Source of the DNA: an uncultured Desulfurococcales archaeon
Lineage (GTDB): Archaea; Thermoproteota; Thermoprotei_A; EX4484-217-1
Direction of reading: 5' to 3'
DNA length: 64,000 nucleotides
NCBI GenBank assembly: GCA_964564025.1
Contig: CAZLZO010000005.1
Span: forward strand, 712-64,711
In this document: positions 40,605 to 50,313 of the stretch, in pieces
Numbering within the stretch: position 1 is the first letter of the stretch
Layout of the letters: every line of letters begins with the position of its first letter
Translations under genes and position numbers: made by a program
The notes under the pieces: generated by a model
What the model was told of the DNA's origin: nothing
The model's input: only the letters and a program-made list of their open reading frames with translations
Databases searched by the model: none

Positions 40605-41090
40605 ATGAAAATGCCGCTATATGCTATTATTAGGATTAGAGGTCAGCCAGATACTCCCTATGATGTAGAATATACTTTAAAACTCCTAAGACTCCATAGA
40701 AGATTTCACTGCACATTATATCACTCAAAAACTCCTGGCTTAGATGGAATGCTTTTTAAAGCTAAAGATTGGATAACCTGGGGAGAAATATCTAAAAATG
40801 TACTAATAGAATTACTTAGGAAAAGAGGTAGGACCGTAGGCAATAAGCCCTTAACGGATGATATAGTTAAGGAAAAACTTAGACTTAAAGGTGGAATTGA
40901 AGAGTTAGCTGAAAAGCTTCTTTCAGGAGAAATAACCTTAAACAAGATAGAAAACGTTATTAAACCTGTTTTCAGACTTCATCCTCCAAAAGGAGGATTT
41001 AAGGGAACAATAAAAAGACCATTCGGTGCTGGAGGAGAATTAGGATATCGCGGTGAAAAGATAAATGAATTACTTATGAGAATGATTTAA
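40605..41090 (+). CDS. rpl30: 50S ribosomal protein L30
   Basis: A 161-aa protein, in cluster position. Confidence 0.85.
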   Translation: MKMPLYAIIRIRGQPDTPYDVEYTLKLLRLHRRFHCTLYHSKTPGLDGMLFKAKDWITWGEISKNVLIELLRKRGRTVGNKPLTDDIVKEKLRLKGGIEELAEKLLSGEITLNKIENVIKPVFRLHPPKGGFKGTIKRPFGAGGELGYRGEKINELLMRMI

Positions 41091-41101
41091 GGTGTTTAAG
41101 T

Positions 41102-41545
41102 ATGGTTGTTAGGAGGAGGAGGAAGTCAAGGAAGCTTAGGGGAAATAGGACGCATGGATATGGTAGGGTAGGTCAGCATAGGAAATCGGGGAGTAGAGGA
41201 GGCTTCGGTGCTGCGGGTCTTCATAAGCATAAGTGGAGTTGGATAGTAAAGTATGCTCCAAATTACTTTGGGAAACATGGTTTCACTAGGGCACCAACAA
41301 TTGTTTTGGCTAGGAAAGTTGTAAACATAGGGGAACTTGATGAAATAGCTGAGGATTTAATAAAGAAAGGATTAGCTGAGCGGGAGGGAGAATTCATAAG
41401 GATTGATGTAAGAAAGCTTGGCTTCAATAAGGTAGCTGGTAGAGGAAAGGTTCTTAGAAAGCTGAAAATAATCACGTTATTCATAACGGAAAAAGCTAAG
41501 CAAAAGGTAGAGAAAGCAGGAGGCATAGTAGAAATCGTTAAGTAA
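41102..41545 (+). CDS. rpl15: 50S ribosomal protein L15
   Basis: A 147-aa protein with a Gly/Arg-rich N-terminus. Confidence 0.88.
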   Translation: MVVRRRRKSRKLRGNRTHGYGRVGQHRKSGSRGGFGAAGLHKHKWSWIVKYAPNYFGKHGFTRAPTIVLARKVVNIGELDEIAEDLIKKGLAEREGEFIRIDVRKLGFNKVAGRGKVLRKLKIITLFITEKAKQKVEKAGGIVEIVK

Positions 41546-41576
41546 CTTTTTACTCTAAAATTAAGGATGATTCGCA

Positions 41577-43007
41577 ATGATGTTCATTGATCTCTTAGGG
41601 AAAATAGCATACTACCTACCTTCAGTGAAGAAGCCTGAACGTAGACCTTCACTCTATGAAAGACTTGCATGGACTGGTGCAGTTTTACTAATGTTCCTTA
41701 TTATGGGTAATGTTCCGCTTTTTGGAATACCTCAGCAAGCAATGGGCATCGAGCAACTCTCTGTTTTCACGCTTATTTTCGGAGCTAGATTAGGCACTCT
41801 AATGCAGCTTGGAATAAGCCCCATAGTCACTGCTGGAATAATCTTAGAGGTTCTCGTTGGAGCCAAAATAATAGAGCTTGACTTAACGGATCCTGAGCAA
41901 AGAGAAAAGTTTACAGCAGCACAGAAAGGCTTAGCACTAATATTAGCTGTTGTTGAAGCGACTGCATATGCTGTTTCAAGTTTTGGCTTACCTATTAAGT
42001 TAACGCCTGAACAGCAAGTACTGGTCATTATACAGCTAATATTTGCAAGCATAATAGTTATCCTATTTGACGAGCTTTTACAGAAAGGTTGGGGTATAGG
42101 AAGTGCTATTTCACTATTCATATTAACTAATGTTGCTGAAGCAGTTACTTGGAGTATGTTTAGTATAGCTCCTTCCCCCTTCCCTCAGGAGGGAACATAT
42201 TATGGTGTAATTCCTGAATTAATAAATAGGATATTTAGTGGTGAGGTATTAGCGGTACTTATTAGGAGAGGGTTACCTGATCTTTTAGGCTTAATAGCTA
42301 CATTAGCTTTCATGTTCTTGCTCATATATCTTCACGGTGTTCGCGTAGAAATACCGATAGCTATTCAAAGATATAGGGGTGTTAGATCGAAGATCCCCTT
42401 AAACTTTCTCTATGTTTCAAACGTTCCAGTTCTCTTATTCTCAATATTTATAGCTGACTACTTATTCTTTTCACAAATATTATGGTCTCAACTTAATAGG
42501 TCAAATACCAACTTCTTCCTGAACCTGCTAGGAACATTTGAAACTATGGAGAACGGTAGGATTGTTCCAACAGGTGGTCTCGCATACTACTTGAGCCCTC
42601 CAAGAGGATTATTCAGTGTTGCTGAAGACCCTGTTAAAGCTGTAGTTTATGTAATCTTACTGATAATTGCTGCAATAGCGTTTGGACTTATGTGGGTCGA
42701 AGTTAGCGGTATGAGTCCTAGGGATCAAGCGGAAAACCTTGTGAAATCAGGAATGAACATACCAGGATTAAGGTTAGGCTCCGTTAAAACCCTTGAAAAA
42801 TTCCTGGCAAGATACATTTACCCGCTGGCTCTTCTAAGCTCAATTATTGTAGGAGTTATAGCTGCCTCGGCGGAAATACTCGGAGTATTCGGTGGAGGCA
42901 TGGGAATACTGCTTTCAGTAGGGATAATTTATCAATACTATCAAATAATAGCTTATGAGAGAGCACTAGAAACATATCCATTATTAAAGAAGCTTATAGG
43001 AGAGTAA
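41577..43007 (+). CDS. secY: Preprotein translocase subunit SecY
   Basis: A 476-aa 10-TM protein, in cluster position after rpl15. Confidence 0.93.
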   Translation: MMFIDLLGKIAYYLPSVKKPERRPSLYERLAWTGAVLLMFLIMGNVPLFGIPQQAMGIEQLSVFTLIFGARLGTLMQLGISPIVTAGIILEVLVGAKIIELDLTDPEQREKFTAAQKGLALILAVVEATAYAVSSFGLPIKLTPEQQVLVIIQLIFASIIVILFDELLQKGWGIGSAISLFILTNVAEAVTWSMFSIAPSPFPQEGTYYGVIPELINRIFSGEVLAVLIRRGLPDLLGLIATLAFMFLLIYLHGVRVEIPIAIQRYRGVRSKIPLNFLYVSNVPVLLFSIFIADYLFFSQILWSQLNRSNTNFFLNLLGTFETMENGRIVPTGGLAYYLSPPRGLFSVAEDPVKAVVYVILLIIAAIAFGLMWVEVSGMSPRDQAENLVKSGMNIPGLRLGSVKTLEKFLARYIYPLALLSSIIVGVIAASAEILGVFGGGMGILLSVGIIYQYYQIIAYERALETYPLLKKLIGE

Positions 43008-43108
43008 GTTTTTCTACGAATTTCCAACATTCCCTATTAACAGTAGAAATAATATACGAACTAGGTAATAATGTGTTCTGTAATAGTAAATATAATGGTT
43101 GATCTACT

Positions 43109-43723
43109 ATGTCTGAGAAGCCTAAACCTCCAATAATTGTAATTATAGTTGGAATCCCAGGTGTAGGTAAAACTACAGTTTTAAAGAGTCTTCAAGAAAA
43201 AGCAGCTAAAGAAGGCTTTGATGTGAAAATAGTTAATTTCGGAGATTACATGTTTGAAGAAGCAAAGAGCCTTGGACTTATAACTCATAGAGACGAAATA
43301 CGTAAGTTACCAATACATGTTCAATTAGAGCTCCAGGAGAAAGCAGCTAAGAAAATTAGGGAGGATGCCGAAAAAGAAAAACATGACATATTTATTGTTG
43401 ATACACACGCACTAATACATACTGCTACAGGATTTTGGCCTGGATTGCCAAAGCACGTCATAGAGAACATTAAACCCTATCTAATAATTAACCTTGAAGC
43501 TTTACCTGAAGAAATATATGCGAGAAGAATGAGGGATGTGGGTGTAAGGTTTAGGATGGATGAGAAGAGTATTGATGAAATAAGGGAGTTCATGTTTTTA
43601 GCGAGAATATCATCAATAGCTTCAGCAGTACTTACAGGTTCTACGGTTAAAATAGTGCTTAATAGGGAAGGTAAAGTTGATGAAACAGTTAAGGAAATAC
43701 TGGATGCTTTAAAGAAAATTTAA
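43109..43723 (+). CDS. adkA: Adenylate kinase (archaeal type)
   Basis: A 204-aa protein with the P-loop GIPGVGKTT. Confidence 0.88.
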   Translation: MSEKPKPPIIVIIVGIPGVGKTTVLKSLQEKAAKEGFDVKIVNFGDYMFEEAKSLGLITHRDEIRKLPIHVQLELQEKAAKKIREDAEKEKHDIFIVDTHALIHTATGFWPGLPKHVIENIKPYLIINLEALPEEIYARRMRDVGVRFRMDEKSIDEIREFMFLARISSIASAVLTGSTVKIVLNREGKVDETVKEILDALKKI

Positions 43724-43801
43724 ATTAAAATTTTAAATAGTTCCAGACGGCTACATTAAAACTAGTCCTTAAATGGTGTTTAATGCGGAGGCTAACACTT
43801 C

Positions 43802-44083
43802 ATGCCTAGACCTAGGTATAGAAGTAGGTCTCTAAGAAGAATATATGTTAGAGTACCTGGAGGGGATACAAAAATACATTATGAGAAACGTAAGCCTAGT
43901 GTTGCAAAATGCACTATTTGCGGAAAGCCCTTAAACGGTGTTCCAAGGCTTAGACCAGCTGAGTTAAGAAAACTACCTAAGTCCCTTAAAAGACCGGAGA
44001 GAATGTATGGCGGGGTCATTTGTGCTTCCTGTTTAAGAAGCCTTTTAAAAGAAGCTATTAGAGGCACTGTTACTATTGCATAA
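43802..44083 (+). CDS. rpl34e: 50S ribosomal protein L34e
   Basis: A 93-aa basic protein with a CxxC...CxxC zinc ribbon. Confidence 0.8.
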   Translation: MPRPRYRSRSLRRIYVRVPGGDTKIHYEKRKPSVAKCTICGKPLNGVPRLRPAELRKLPKSLKRPERMYGGVICASCLRSLLKEAIRGTVTIA

Positions 44084-44624
44084 ACTACGTAATGTAATAG
44101 TTATAAGTGGACCTGCTGGAAGCGGTAAAACCACGTATGCTCTTAAGCTAGCTGAAAAGTATGGTTTAAGATACTTTTCTGCTGGGCAGTTGTTTCGGAA
44201 AATAGCTAGGGAAAGAGGTCTTACTCTTTCTGAGTTAAGTAAAATAGCTGAGAAAGATTACTCAATAGACTTAGAGATTGATAGACGAACTCTTGAAGAA
44301 GCACTTAAGGGAAACATAGTTATTGACGGCCATTTAACTGCATGGGTTGTTAAGGAAGTAGCTGATTTGAGGATTTATGTAACAGCGCCATTAATGGTGA
44401 GAGTTAGGAGAATAGCTGAAAGAGACGGCATTTCGCTAAGAGAAGCATTTTACGAAACAGTAACTAGAGAGTTCAGTCAGAGAAGAAGATTTCTAGAAAT
44501 ATATGGCGTAGACGTAGCCAATATATCATGGTTTGACTTAGTAATTAACACTGAGAAATTTAGCATTGAAGAAACCTTTGCAATTATAGATAAAGTTGCT
44601 TCTAAAATATTGAGAAAACCATAA
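44076..44624 (+). CDS. cmk: Cytidylate kinase (archaeal)
   Basis: A 182-aa protein with the P-loop [11 protein letters not shown]. Confidence 0.85.
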   Translation: MHKLRNVIVISGPAGSGKTTYALKLAEKYGLRYFSAGQLFRKIARERGLTLSELSKIAEKDYSIDLEIDRRTLEEALKGNIVIDGHLTAWVVKEVADLRIYVTAPLMVRVRRIAERDGISLREAFYETVTREFSQRRRFLEIYGVDVANISWFDLVINTEKFSIEETFAIIDKVASKILRKP

Positions 44625-44696
44625 TATTTATTAAACCATATCTTGTTTTACAAGAAAAATGTCTAGAAACACAAGGCAGGATGCGGGTGTGTTTCA

Positions 44697-44987
44697 ATGC
44701 CAGCAATTGAGGTTGGGAGGATATGTGTTAAAATAGCTGGTAGAGAAGCTGGTAGAAAATGCGTAATAGTCGACGTAATAGACGATAACTTCGTTTTAAT
44801 AACCGGGCCTAAACAGTTAACTGGTGTTAAAAGGAGGAAAGCGAACATTAAACATATTGAGGTTTTACCTGAAAAAATAGATATTAAAAAAGGAGCATCA
44901 GATGAAGAAGTTTTGGAAGCAATAAGGGCTAAGGGATTAGAGGATTTTATGAGAGAAAGAGTTAAACCTATTTTACCGCCAACTTAA
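44697..44987 (+). CDS. rpl14e: 50S ribosomal protein L14e
   Basis: A 96-aa protein with a KOW-like motif ([21 protein letters not shown]). Confidence 0.85.
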   Translation: MPAIEVGRICVKIAGREAGRKCVIVDVIDDNFVLITGPKQLTGVKRRKANIKHIEVLPEKIDIKKGASDEEVLEAIRAKGLEDFMRERVKPILPPT

Positions 44988-45057
44988 ACAATGTTTTCAC
45001 ATAGATTTTTATTTATATTTCCTAGTGTAACATTTCTATCTTAGGGAGGAAGAGACA

Positions 45058-46136
45058 TTGTCTTATCTTGAAGGTTTAAAGTTTCTTGAGGAACTTGATA
45101 GAGTATGTGGTATTAGGAGACAGTATCTTTTCAAGGGAGAACTTGAAACTGATGAAAGATACGGCTATTTCCCGTATCGTAGGCCTATAGATTATTACAT
45201 TAAGCATGGCGTAATTAACCTGGATAAACCGCCTGGACCTACAAGTCATGAAGTTGTTGCATGGATTAAAAGAATGTTTAATTTAACAAAGGCCGGACAT
45301 GGTGGGACCCTAGAGCCCCATTAGCCCCTTAAAATAGGGGCTAGGGGCGGGGTTATCCCAAAGTAAGTGGTGTTCTCCCAGTTGCCTTAGAATACGCTAC
45401 TAAAGTTATCAGTGTTATTGTCCATAAGATTAAGGAGTATGTTTGTGTAATGCAGCTTCATGGCGATGTTAGTGATGCTGAACTTTTAAGAGTTATCAAT
45501 AAGTTTGTAGGTAAAATTTATCAAAGACCCCCTCTTAGGTCTTCAGTTAAAAGGTCCCTTAGAATTAAGGAAATATACTACATAGATGTTCTTGAAAGAG
45601 ATGGAAAATTAGTACTTATGAAAATAGGTTGTGAAGCAGGAACGTACATAAGAAAATTATGCCATGACGCTGGATTACTTTTAGGTGTTGGCGCCCATAT
45701 GAGGGAGCTTAGAAGAACCAGGGCGGGTCCCTTTAAAGAGGATGAATCATTAGCTAAGCTTCAGGACTTAGCTGACGCACTTTATAGGTGGAAGTATGAA
45801 GGAAAAGATGATCTACTTAGAAGATACATTATGCCTATGGAAAGAGCTGTTTGTGAATTACCTAAAATAATTATTAGAGATACGGCAGTGGATGCAATAG
45901 CTCATGGAGCTAACCTTGCTGTTCCAGGAATACTTGCATTGCATGAGGGAATAAAGGTTGGAGACAGAGTAGCTATTTTCACTGTTAAAGGGGAACTTGT
46001 TGCTTTAGGTAAAGCGAATATGAGTAGTGAACAAATAATGGAGGCAAAGAAAGGTATAGCTGTTAAAACTTCGAGAGTAATAATAGAGCCTGGACTTTAC
46101 CCTAAAGCGTGGAAATCTGAAGGGAAAGACAAATAA
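45058..46136 (+). CDS. cbf5: tRNA/rRNA pseudouridine synthase Cbf5 (H/ACA RNP catalytic subunit), interrupted by an intron. Exon 1 is 45058..~45314 and exon 2 is ~45356..46136.
   Basis: The two ORF-track pieces (45058-45324 and 45450-46136) are the N- and C-parts of Cbf5. Joining ...GHGGTL-GA|T-CCC... restores the catalytic motif [24 protein letters not shown]... in frame. The PUA domain is at the C-terminus. Confidence 0.85.
45315..45355 (+). other. A 41-nt GC-rich intron (bulge-helix-bulge, BHB, type) within cbf5
   Basis: The sequence is GCCCCATTAGCCCCTTAAAATAGGGGCTAGGGGCGGGGTTA. It has an internal AGCCCC/GGGGCT hairpin and flanking exon-intron pairing (ACCC/GGGT). GC content far exceeds that of its surroundings. 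The boundaries are uncertain by about 1 nt. Confidence 0.7.
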
Positions 46137-46738
46137 TGTTAGAACATTACTTTAGCGAAAAGCCGAGTAGTATAGGTAGGAAGGAAATTATAAGCGATAT
46201 AATAAGAGGGGTTTCTGTAGAGTTCATAGTGGAACCAGGAGTGTTTTCTAAGAGAAGAGTTGACCTAGGAACAAAACTGCTTCTTGAAACAATGATAATT
46301 CCTGGTGAAGGAAACGTTTTAGACATTGGAGCAGGTTATGGAGTTATAGGCATAACTCTTGCTAAACTTAATCCTAAGCTTAAAGTTTACATGGTTGAAA
46401 TAAATAAGAGAGCTGTTAAATTGTGTAAAATAAATGCTAAAAGAAATAATGTTGAAGATAGAATAGTAATTTTTCAAGGCAACCTCTACGATCCATTACC
46501 TGAAACCATAAAGTTTAAGACCATAGTTTCTAATCCGCCGTTTTCAGCGGGTTTCAAAATAGTAAACGCTATTGTTGAAGGAGCTTACATTAGACTTGAG
46601 AATCACGGATTACTTCAGCTAGTGGCGTGGAAGGGAACAAATAAGCTAAAGGAGAAGATGAAGGAAGTTTTCGGAAACGTAAAGGTACTTGCTAGTAAAA
46701 AAGGATACAAAGTTCTAATGAGCGAAAAAACCATATAA
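46136..46738 (+). CDS. Class I SAM-dependent methyltransferase (MTS / RsmC-like small domain, NPPF motif)
   Basis: A 200-aa protein with motif I LDIGAGYG and motif IV VSNPPF. Its start overlaps the cbf5 stop. Confidence 0.75.
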   Translation: MLEHYFSEKPSSIGRKEIISDIIRGVSVEFIVEPGVFSKRRVDLGTKLLLETMIIPGEGNVLDIGAGYGVIGITLAKLNPKLKVYMVEINKRAVKLCKINAKRNNVEDRIVIFQGNLYDPLPETIKFKTIVSNPPFSAGFKIVNAIVEGAYIRLENHGLLQLVAWKGTNKLKEKMKEVFGNVKVLASKKGYKVLMSEKTI

Positions 46739-46772
46739 AATAAAAACTCGAACACCAAAATAACAAATACGT

Positions 46773-46862
46773 GCCGGGGTGCCCGAGCGGACTAAGGGGC
46801 TGGCCTTGAGAGCCAGTGGCGGATCGGCCGCCGCGCGGGTTCGAATCCCGCCCCCGGCGCCA
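46773..46862 (+). tRNA. tRNA-Ser (anticodon UGA), with CCA encoded
   Basis: The acceptor stem is GCCGGGG/CCCCGGC and the anticodon stem-loop is CTGGC-CTTGAGA-GCCAG. It has a long variable arm, T-arm GCGGGTTCGAATCCCGC, discriminator G, then CCA. GC content is about 68%. Confidence 0.92.
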
Positions 46863-46885
46863 AAACTTAAACAATAATTTTAGGG

Positions 46886-47773
46886 TTAGAAATCGTAGAG
46901 ATTTAAAGGTTCATTGCGCTTAAGAATTGTTGGTTCGTATGATAGAATATCCTCTGTTCTTATTTTTTCTCTAGCGGATTTCCCTAGTACAAAGTACATT
47001 TCATTCTCTCCAGCGTAGATAAGGTCTACGTCTTGGAAGAATATCCAAAGTAGTGAAGCTATTGTTGAGATATTTCTAAAATTTATCGGTAATGAAATAA
47101 TCTCATAGTTCTTAAGTTTAATATAAGCCCTATAGTATGAGCCCGTTACTACGTCGTGTTTTAAGTGAATTGATATGCTTAAGTTTTCTGGATCCCTATT
47201 TTCAACGAGGAATTCCTTGAAACCATCTTTAAATATTGCATTTATTCTATTATGTTCTTCAATAACAACTATGCTTCTATGGTGAGCACATTTGCTAAGT
47301 GAAGCGAAGAGCTTAGTAAGTGACCAGTCGTTAAAGTGCGCCAAAATAGCTCCGTAAGCTAAGATGATATCAAAGCTTCTCCCTAACTCGTATGTTTTCA
47401 AAGCGTCTAAGACCTTAGTTTCTGCTTTAATGTCTTCCTCTGTTGCAAAACGGATTGCATCTTTTAAAGCATCTTCACGAACATCTATCATAACTAAGTC
47501 CACAAGCACTCCATGTTTAAGTAGGGTTTTTGCTAAAGCAACGCCACCTATGCCCTTACCTGCTCCAATAACTAAAACCGCCACTTTACCCGTATCCAGT
47601 ATTTCCTTAAACCATCGATGCTTAAGAAGACGTTCAAAACGCTTTAAAGCCTGTAAGTATCTACTTCTACCTTTAGAAGACCAAGGATCATCCATCCAGT
47701 CAACTATCTTATATGCTTTCTCCAAGTCTTTGAAGGAGGAATTCATTAGAACACCCAATATTTTGATGTGCAA
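46886..47773 (-). CDS. Class I SAM-dependent methyltransferase (295 aa), function unknown
   Basis: It has a Rossmann motif VLVIGAGKGIGG followed by an acidic residue after beta2 (MIDVRED). Confidence 0.6.
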   Translation of the reverse strand: MHIKILGVLMNSSFKDLEKAYKIVDWMDDPWSSKGRSRYLQALKRFERLLKHRWFKEILDTGKVAVLVIGAGKGIGGVALAKTLLKHGVLVDLVMIDVREDALKDAIRFATEEDIKAETKVLDALKTYELGRSFDIILAYGAILAHFNDWSLTKLFASLSKCAHHRSIVVIEEHNRINAIFKDGFKEFLVENRDPENLSISIHLKHDVVTGSYYRAYIKLKNYEIISLPINFRNISTIASLLWIFFQDVDLIYAGENEMYFVLGKSAREKIRTEDILSYEPTILKRNEPLNLYDF

Positions 47774-48361
47774 ATAGCCTAATATGTTCTCTGTAAACCA
47801 TATAGTATAATTGAAGACTTGGATACCTTAACTCCAATGGCTTAGGAGCCTATTTTCTACGACATTGCATGTAAGCGCTAATGACTTTCGCAAGGCAGTA
47901 TTCTTGGTAACCTAACAATTTTACTTCCCGGTGGTTGAGTGTAATCTTGATTCAGTGAAGTTAAAGGCTAAGTATTGGTATTAGAAGTTTTGATGAGCAA
48001 CATAATAAGCTTGATTTTTTAATAATAAATGAGCTGCATGATGCTATAAAATTAGGTTTAGGTAAAGGTAAAGCTGCATTAGATGTCATTATAAGGAAAA
48101 TGCAAAACCCGCCTTTATTTCCGAAGAAATTGCTTTGGGGAAATATAAATTCCCAGGGTACTGGGAACATAAGAGAAAACATGGACAATTTATTGCTAAA
48201 GTGAAGATGTTTTAGTTAAGTTTAAAGGAAGAATTCAAAGATTTTTTACATTTAAGTATACTTCTCTTCTTTCCATAGATACACTAAGATATACTAAAAA
48301 TATAAGCAGCTTCCACTGATAATTTTATTGTCGCAGGAGAAAGTGAATTCTGAGGCGACAT

Positions 48362-49483
48362 GTGTTGCCTGAAGTTAAGGTCGTTAACGTAACGAAGATT
48401 TTTGGAGGTAAAGTAGTAGCGCTAGACAATGTTTCCGTTACCGTCAAGAATGGAGAGTTCTTCGTCCTTTTAGGTCCTTCAGGTTCTGGAAAAACTACTC
48501 TTTTAAGGTGTATTGCTGGTTTGGAGAGACCCGATAAGGGAGTTATAGCAATAGGCGACAAAGTCGTTTACGACGCTAAAAGAAAAATTTCAATACCCCC
48601 TAAGGATCGTGATATTGCTATGGTTTTCCAAAATTACGCACTATACCCCCATATGAAAGTATTCGATAACATAGCCTTCCCCTTGAGGCTAAGAAAGGTT
48701 CCTAAAGAGGAAATTAGGAAGAAAGTGGTGGAGGTAGCGAAACTCCTAAGAATTCAAGATCTTCTTGATCGTTACCCTAGGCAGCTTAGTGGTGGTCAGC
48801 AGCAAAGAGTGGCGCTAGCAAGAGCGCTAGTAAGAAATCCAAAAGTATTCCTCATGGATGAGCCTTTAAGCAATATTGATGCTAAGCTTAGGGTTTTAAT
48901 GAGAGCTGAGCTTAAAAGGCTTCAAAAAGAGTTAGGAATAACAACAATATATGTAACACATGATCAAGCAGAAGCTATGACCATGGCTGATAGAATAGCT
49001 ATACTTAATTTTGGAAAAGTTATGCAAATAGGGACTCCAGGGGAGCTTTACCATAAACCTGCAAACCTCTTCGTAGCCGGATTCGTAGGATCACCACCTA
49101 TGAACTTCTTCGATGTAACGCTTGTTTACGACGAGAAAAGGAGAAGCTACTTCTTGGACTCTGGAGAATTTCAGCTAAAACTACCAGGTGACATAGCGAA
49201 AATAGTTTCTGAGGAAGCCAAGGGAGAAGAGTTAATACTTGGAGTAAGACCTGAAGATATTCAAGTGCTTAAAGAACCTATTGAAGGAGTCTTTGAAGCG
49301 GAAATATACGTTATAGAACCATTAGGTTCTGAAACAATAGTAAATTTGAAAGTAGGAAATTATCTATTTAAATCCAGAATGCTTGGAGAATTTCAAGGAG
49401 GACATGGTGAGAAAGTTTATGTTAAATTTAATGTGGAAAAAATCCATATATTTGACAAGAAAACTGAGAAAGCAATAATCTAG
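48362..49483 (+). CDS. Sugar ABC transporter ATP-binding protein (MalK/CUT1-type)
   Basis: A 373-aa protein with Walker A GPSGSGKTT, signature LSGGQQQR, Walker B FLMDEPLS, and a C-terminal TOBE-like domain. It has a GTG start. Confidence 0.9.
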   Translation: MLPEVKVVNVTKIFGGKVVALDNVSVTVKNGEFFVLLGPSGSGKTTLLRCIAGLERPDKGVIAIGDKVVYDAKRKISIPPKDRDIAMVFQNYALYPHMKVFDNIAFPLRLRKVPKEEIRKKVVEVAKLLRIQDLLDRYPRQLSGGQQQRVALARALVRNPKVFLMDEPLSNIDAKLRVLMRAELKRLQKELGITTIYVTHDQAEAMTMADRIAILNFGKVMQIGTPGELYHKPANLFVAGFVGSPPMNFFDVTLVYDEKRRSYFLDSGEFQLKLPGDIAKIVSEEAKGEELILGVRPEDIQVLKEPIEGVFEAEIYVIEPLGSETIVNLKVGNYLFKSRMLGEFQGGHGEKVYVKFNVEKIHIFDKKTEKAII

Positions 49484-49485
49484 TT

Positions 49486-50313
49486 TCACCTAGTACCTTT
49501 AAGAGCCCCAGCTAATAGTCCGCTTATAAAGTATCTTCCAAGAGCTAAAGCTATTACTAAGGGAGGAAGTATTGCTATTAATGAGCCAGCCATGAGAGTG
49601 TTCCATGCAACCGTTGTTGTTCCCCTTAAATTAGCGACTTCCGGCTGAATAGTTCTTACAAGAGGGCTTGTGCTTAGAGTTACTGCAAATAGGAATTCGT
49701 TCCAAATACTCATGAATATTATTATTGTTGTAGAGATTATTCCCGGAAGTGCAACAGGCAGGACTACTTTAAGAAAAGTTTGTAACGCTGATGCTCCATC
49801 AATATAGGAGGCTTCTTCAAGTTCTTTAGGTACAGCCATGAAGAATGCTGAAGATATAAGAGCTGCCCATGGACTTAGTAATATAGTATATGCAATTATG
49901 AAGCTAAAGTGGGTTCCCATAACTCCGATATCCGCTAAAAACATGGTCATGGGAATTAAAAGTATTTGGTAGGGAATAAATGTGGCTATAGCTATTAGGA
50001 AAAACATTGTTCTAGTTGCTCTACTAACATGCCTGCTTAAGTAATATCCAGCTAAAGTACCTATCAAAACACATAGAAATGTTGAAGGTAAGGAAACTAC
50101 TATGCTATTGAAAAATGCTCTCTTAATTCTCTCCCATGCAGAAATCCACGGTACAATGTTTAGTGAGGATGGAAGCTGAAGAACGTTTGTTGTATATGTT
50201 TCTTCATGGCTCTTAAGCGAAGTGATTAACGCAACATAGAATGGAAGCATCCAGAACAGGGACATAAGTATTAATAAGAGATATGCAAGGACTATTTTAA
50301 TATTCATGTTCAC
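49486..50313 (-). CDS. Sugar ABC transporter permease (MalG-like)
   Basis: A 275-aa 6-TM protein with the EAA loop (EEASYIDGASALQTF). Confidence 0.88.
   Translation of the reverse strand: MNMNIKIVLAYLLLILMSLFWMLPFYVALITSLKSHEETYTTNVLQLPSSLNIVPWISAWERIKRAFFNSIVVSLPSTFLCVLIGTLAGYYLSRHVSRATRTMFFLIAIATFIPYQILLIPMTMFLADIGVMGTHFSFIIAYTILLSPWAALISSAFFMAVPKELEEASYIDGASALQTFLKVVLPVALPGIISTTIIIFMSIWNEFLFAVTLSTSPLVRTIQPEVANLRGTTTVAWNTLMAGSLIAILPPLVIALALGRYFISGLLAGALKGTR

Noticed and set aside
46692-46874. A 60-aa minus-strand ORF overlapping the tRNA-Ser gene
   Set aside because: Its sequence is the reverse complement of a clearly folding tRNA and has a GC-driven open frame. It is not a real CDS.
46863-48361. 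A possible integrated element downstream of tRNA-Ser
   Set aside because: I found no direct repeat of the tRNA 3' end, no integrase, and no compositional shift.
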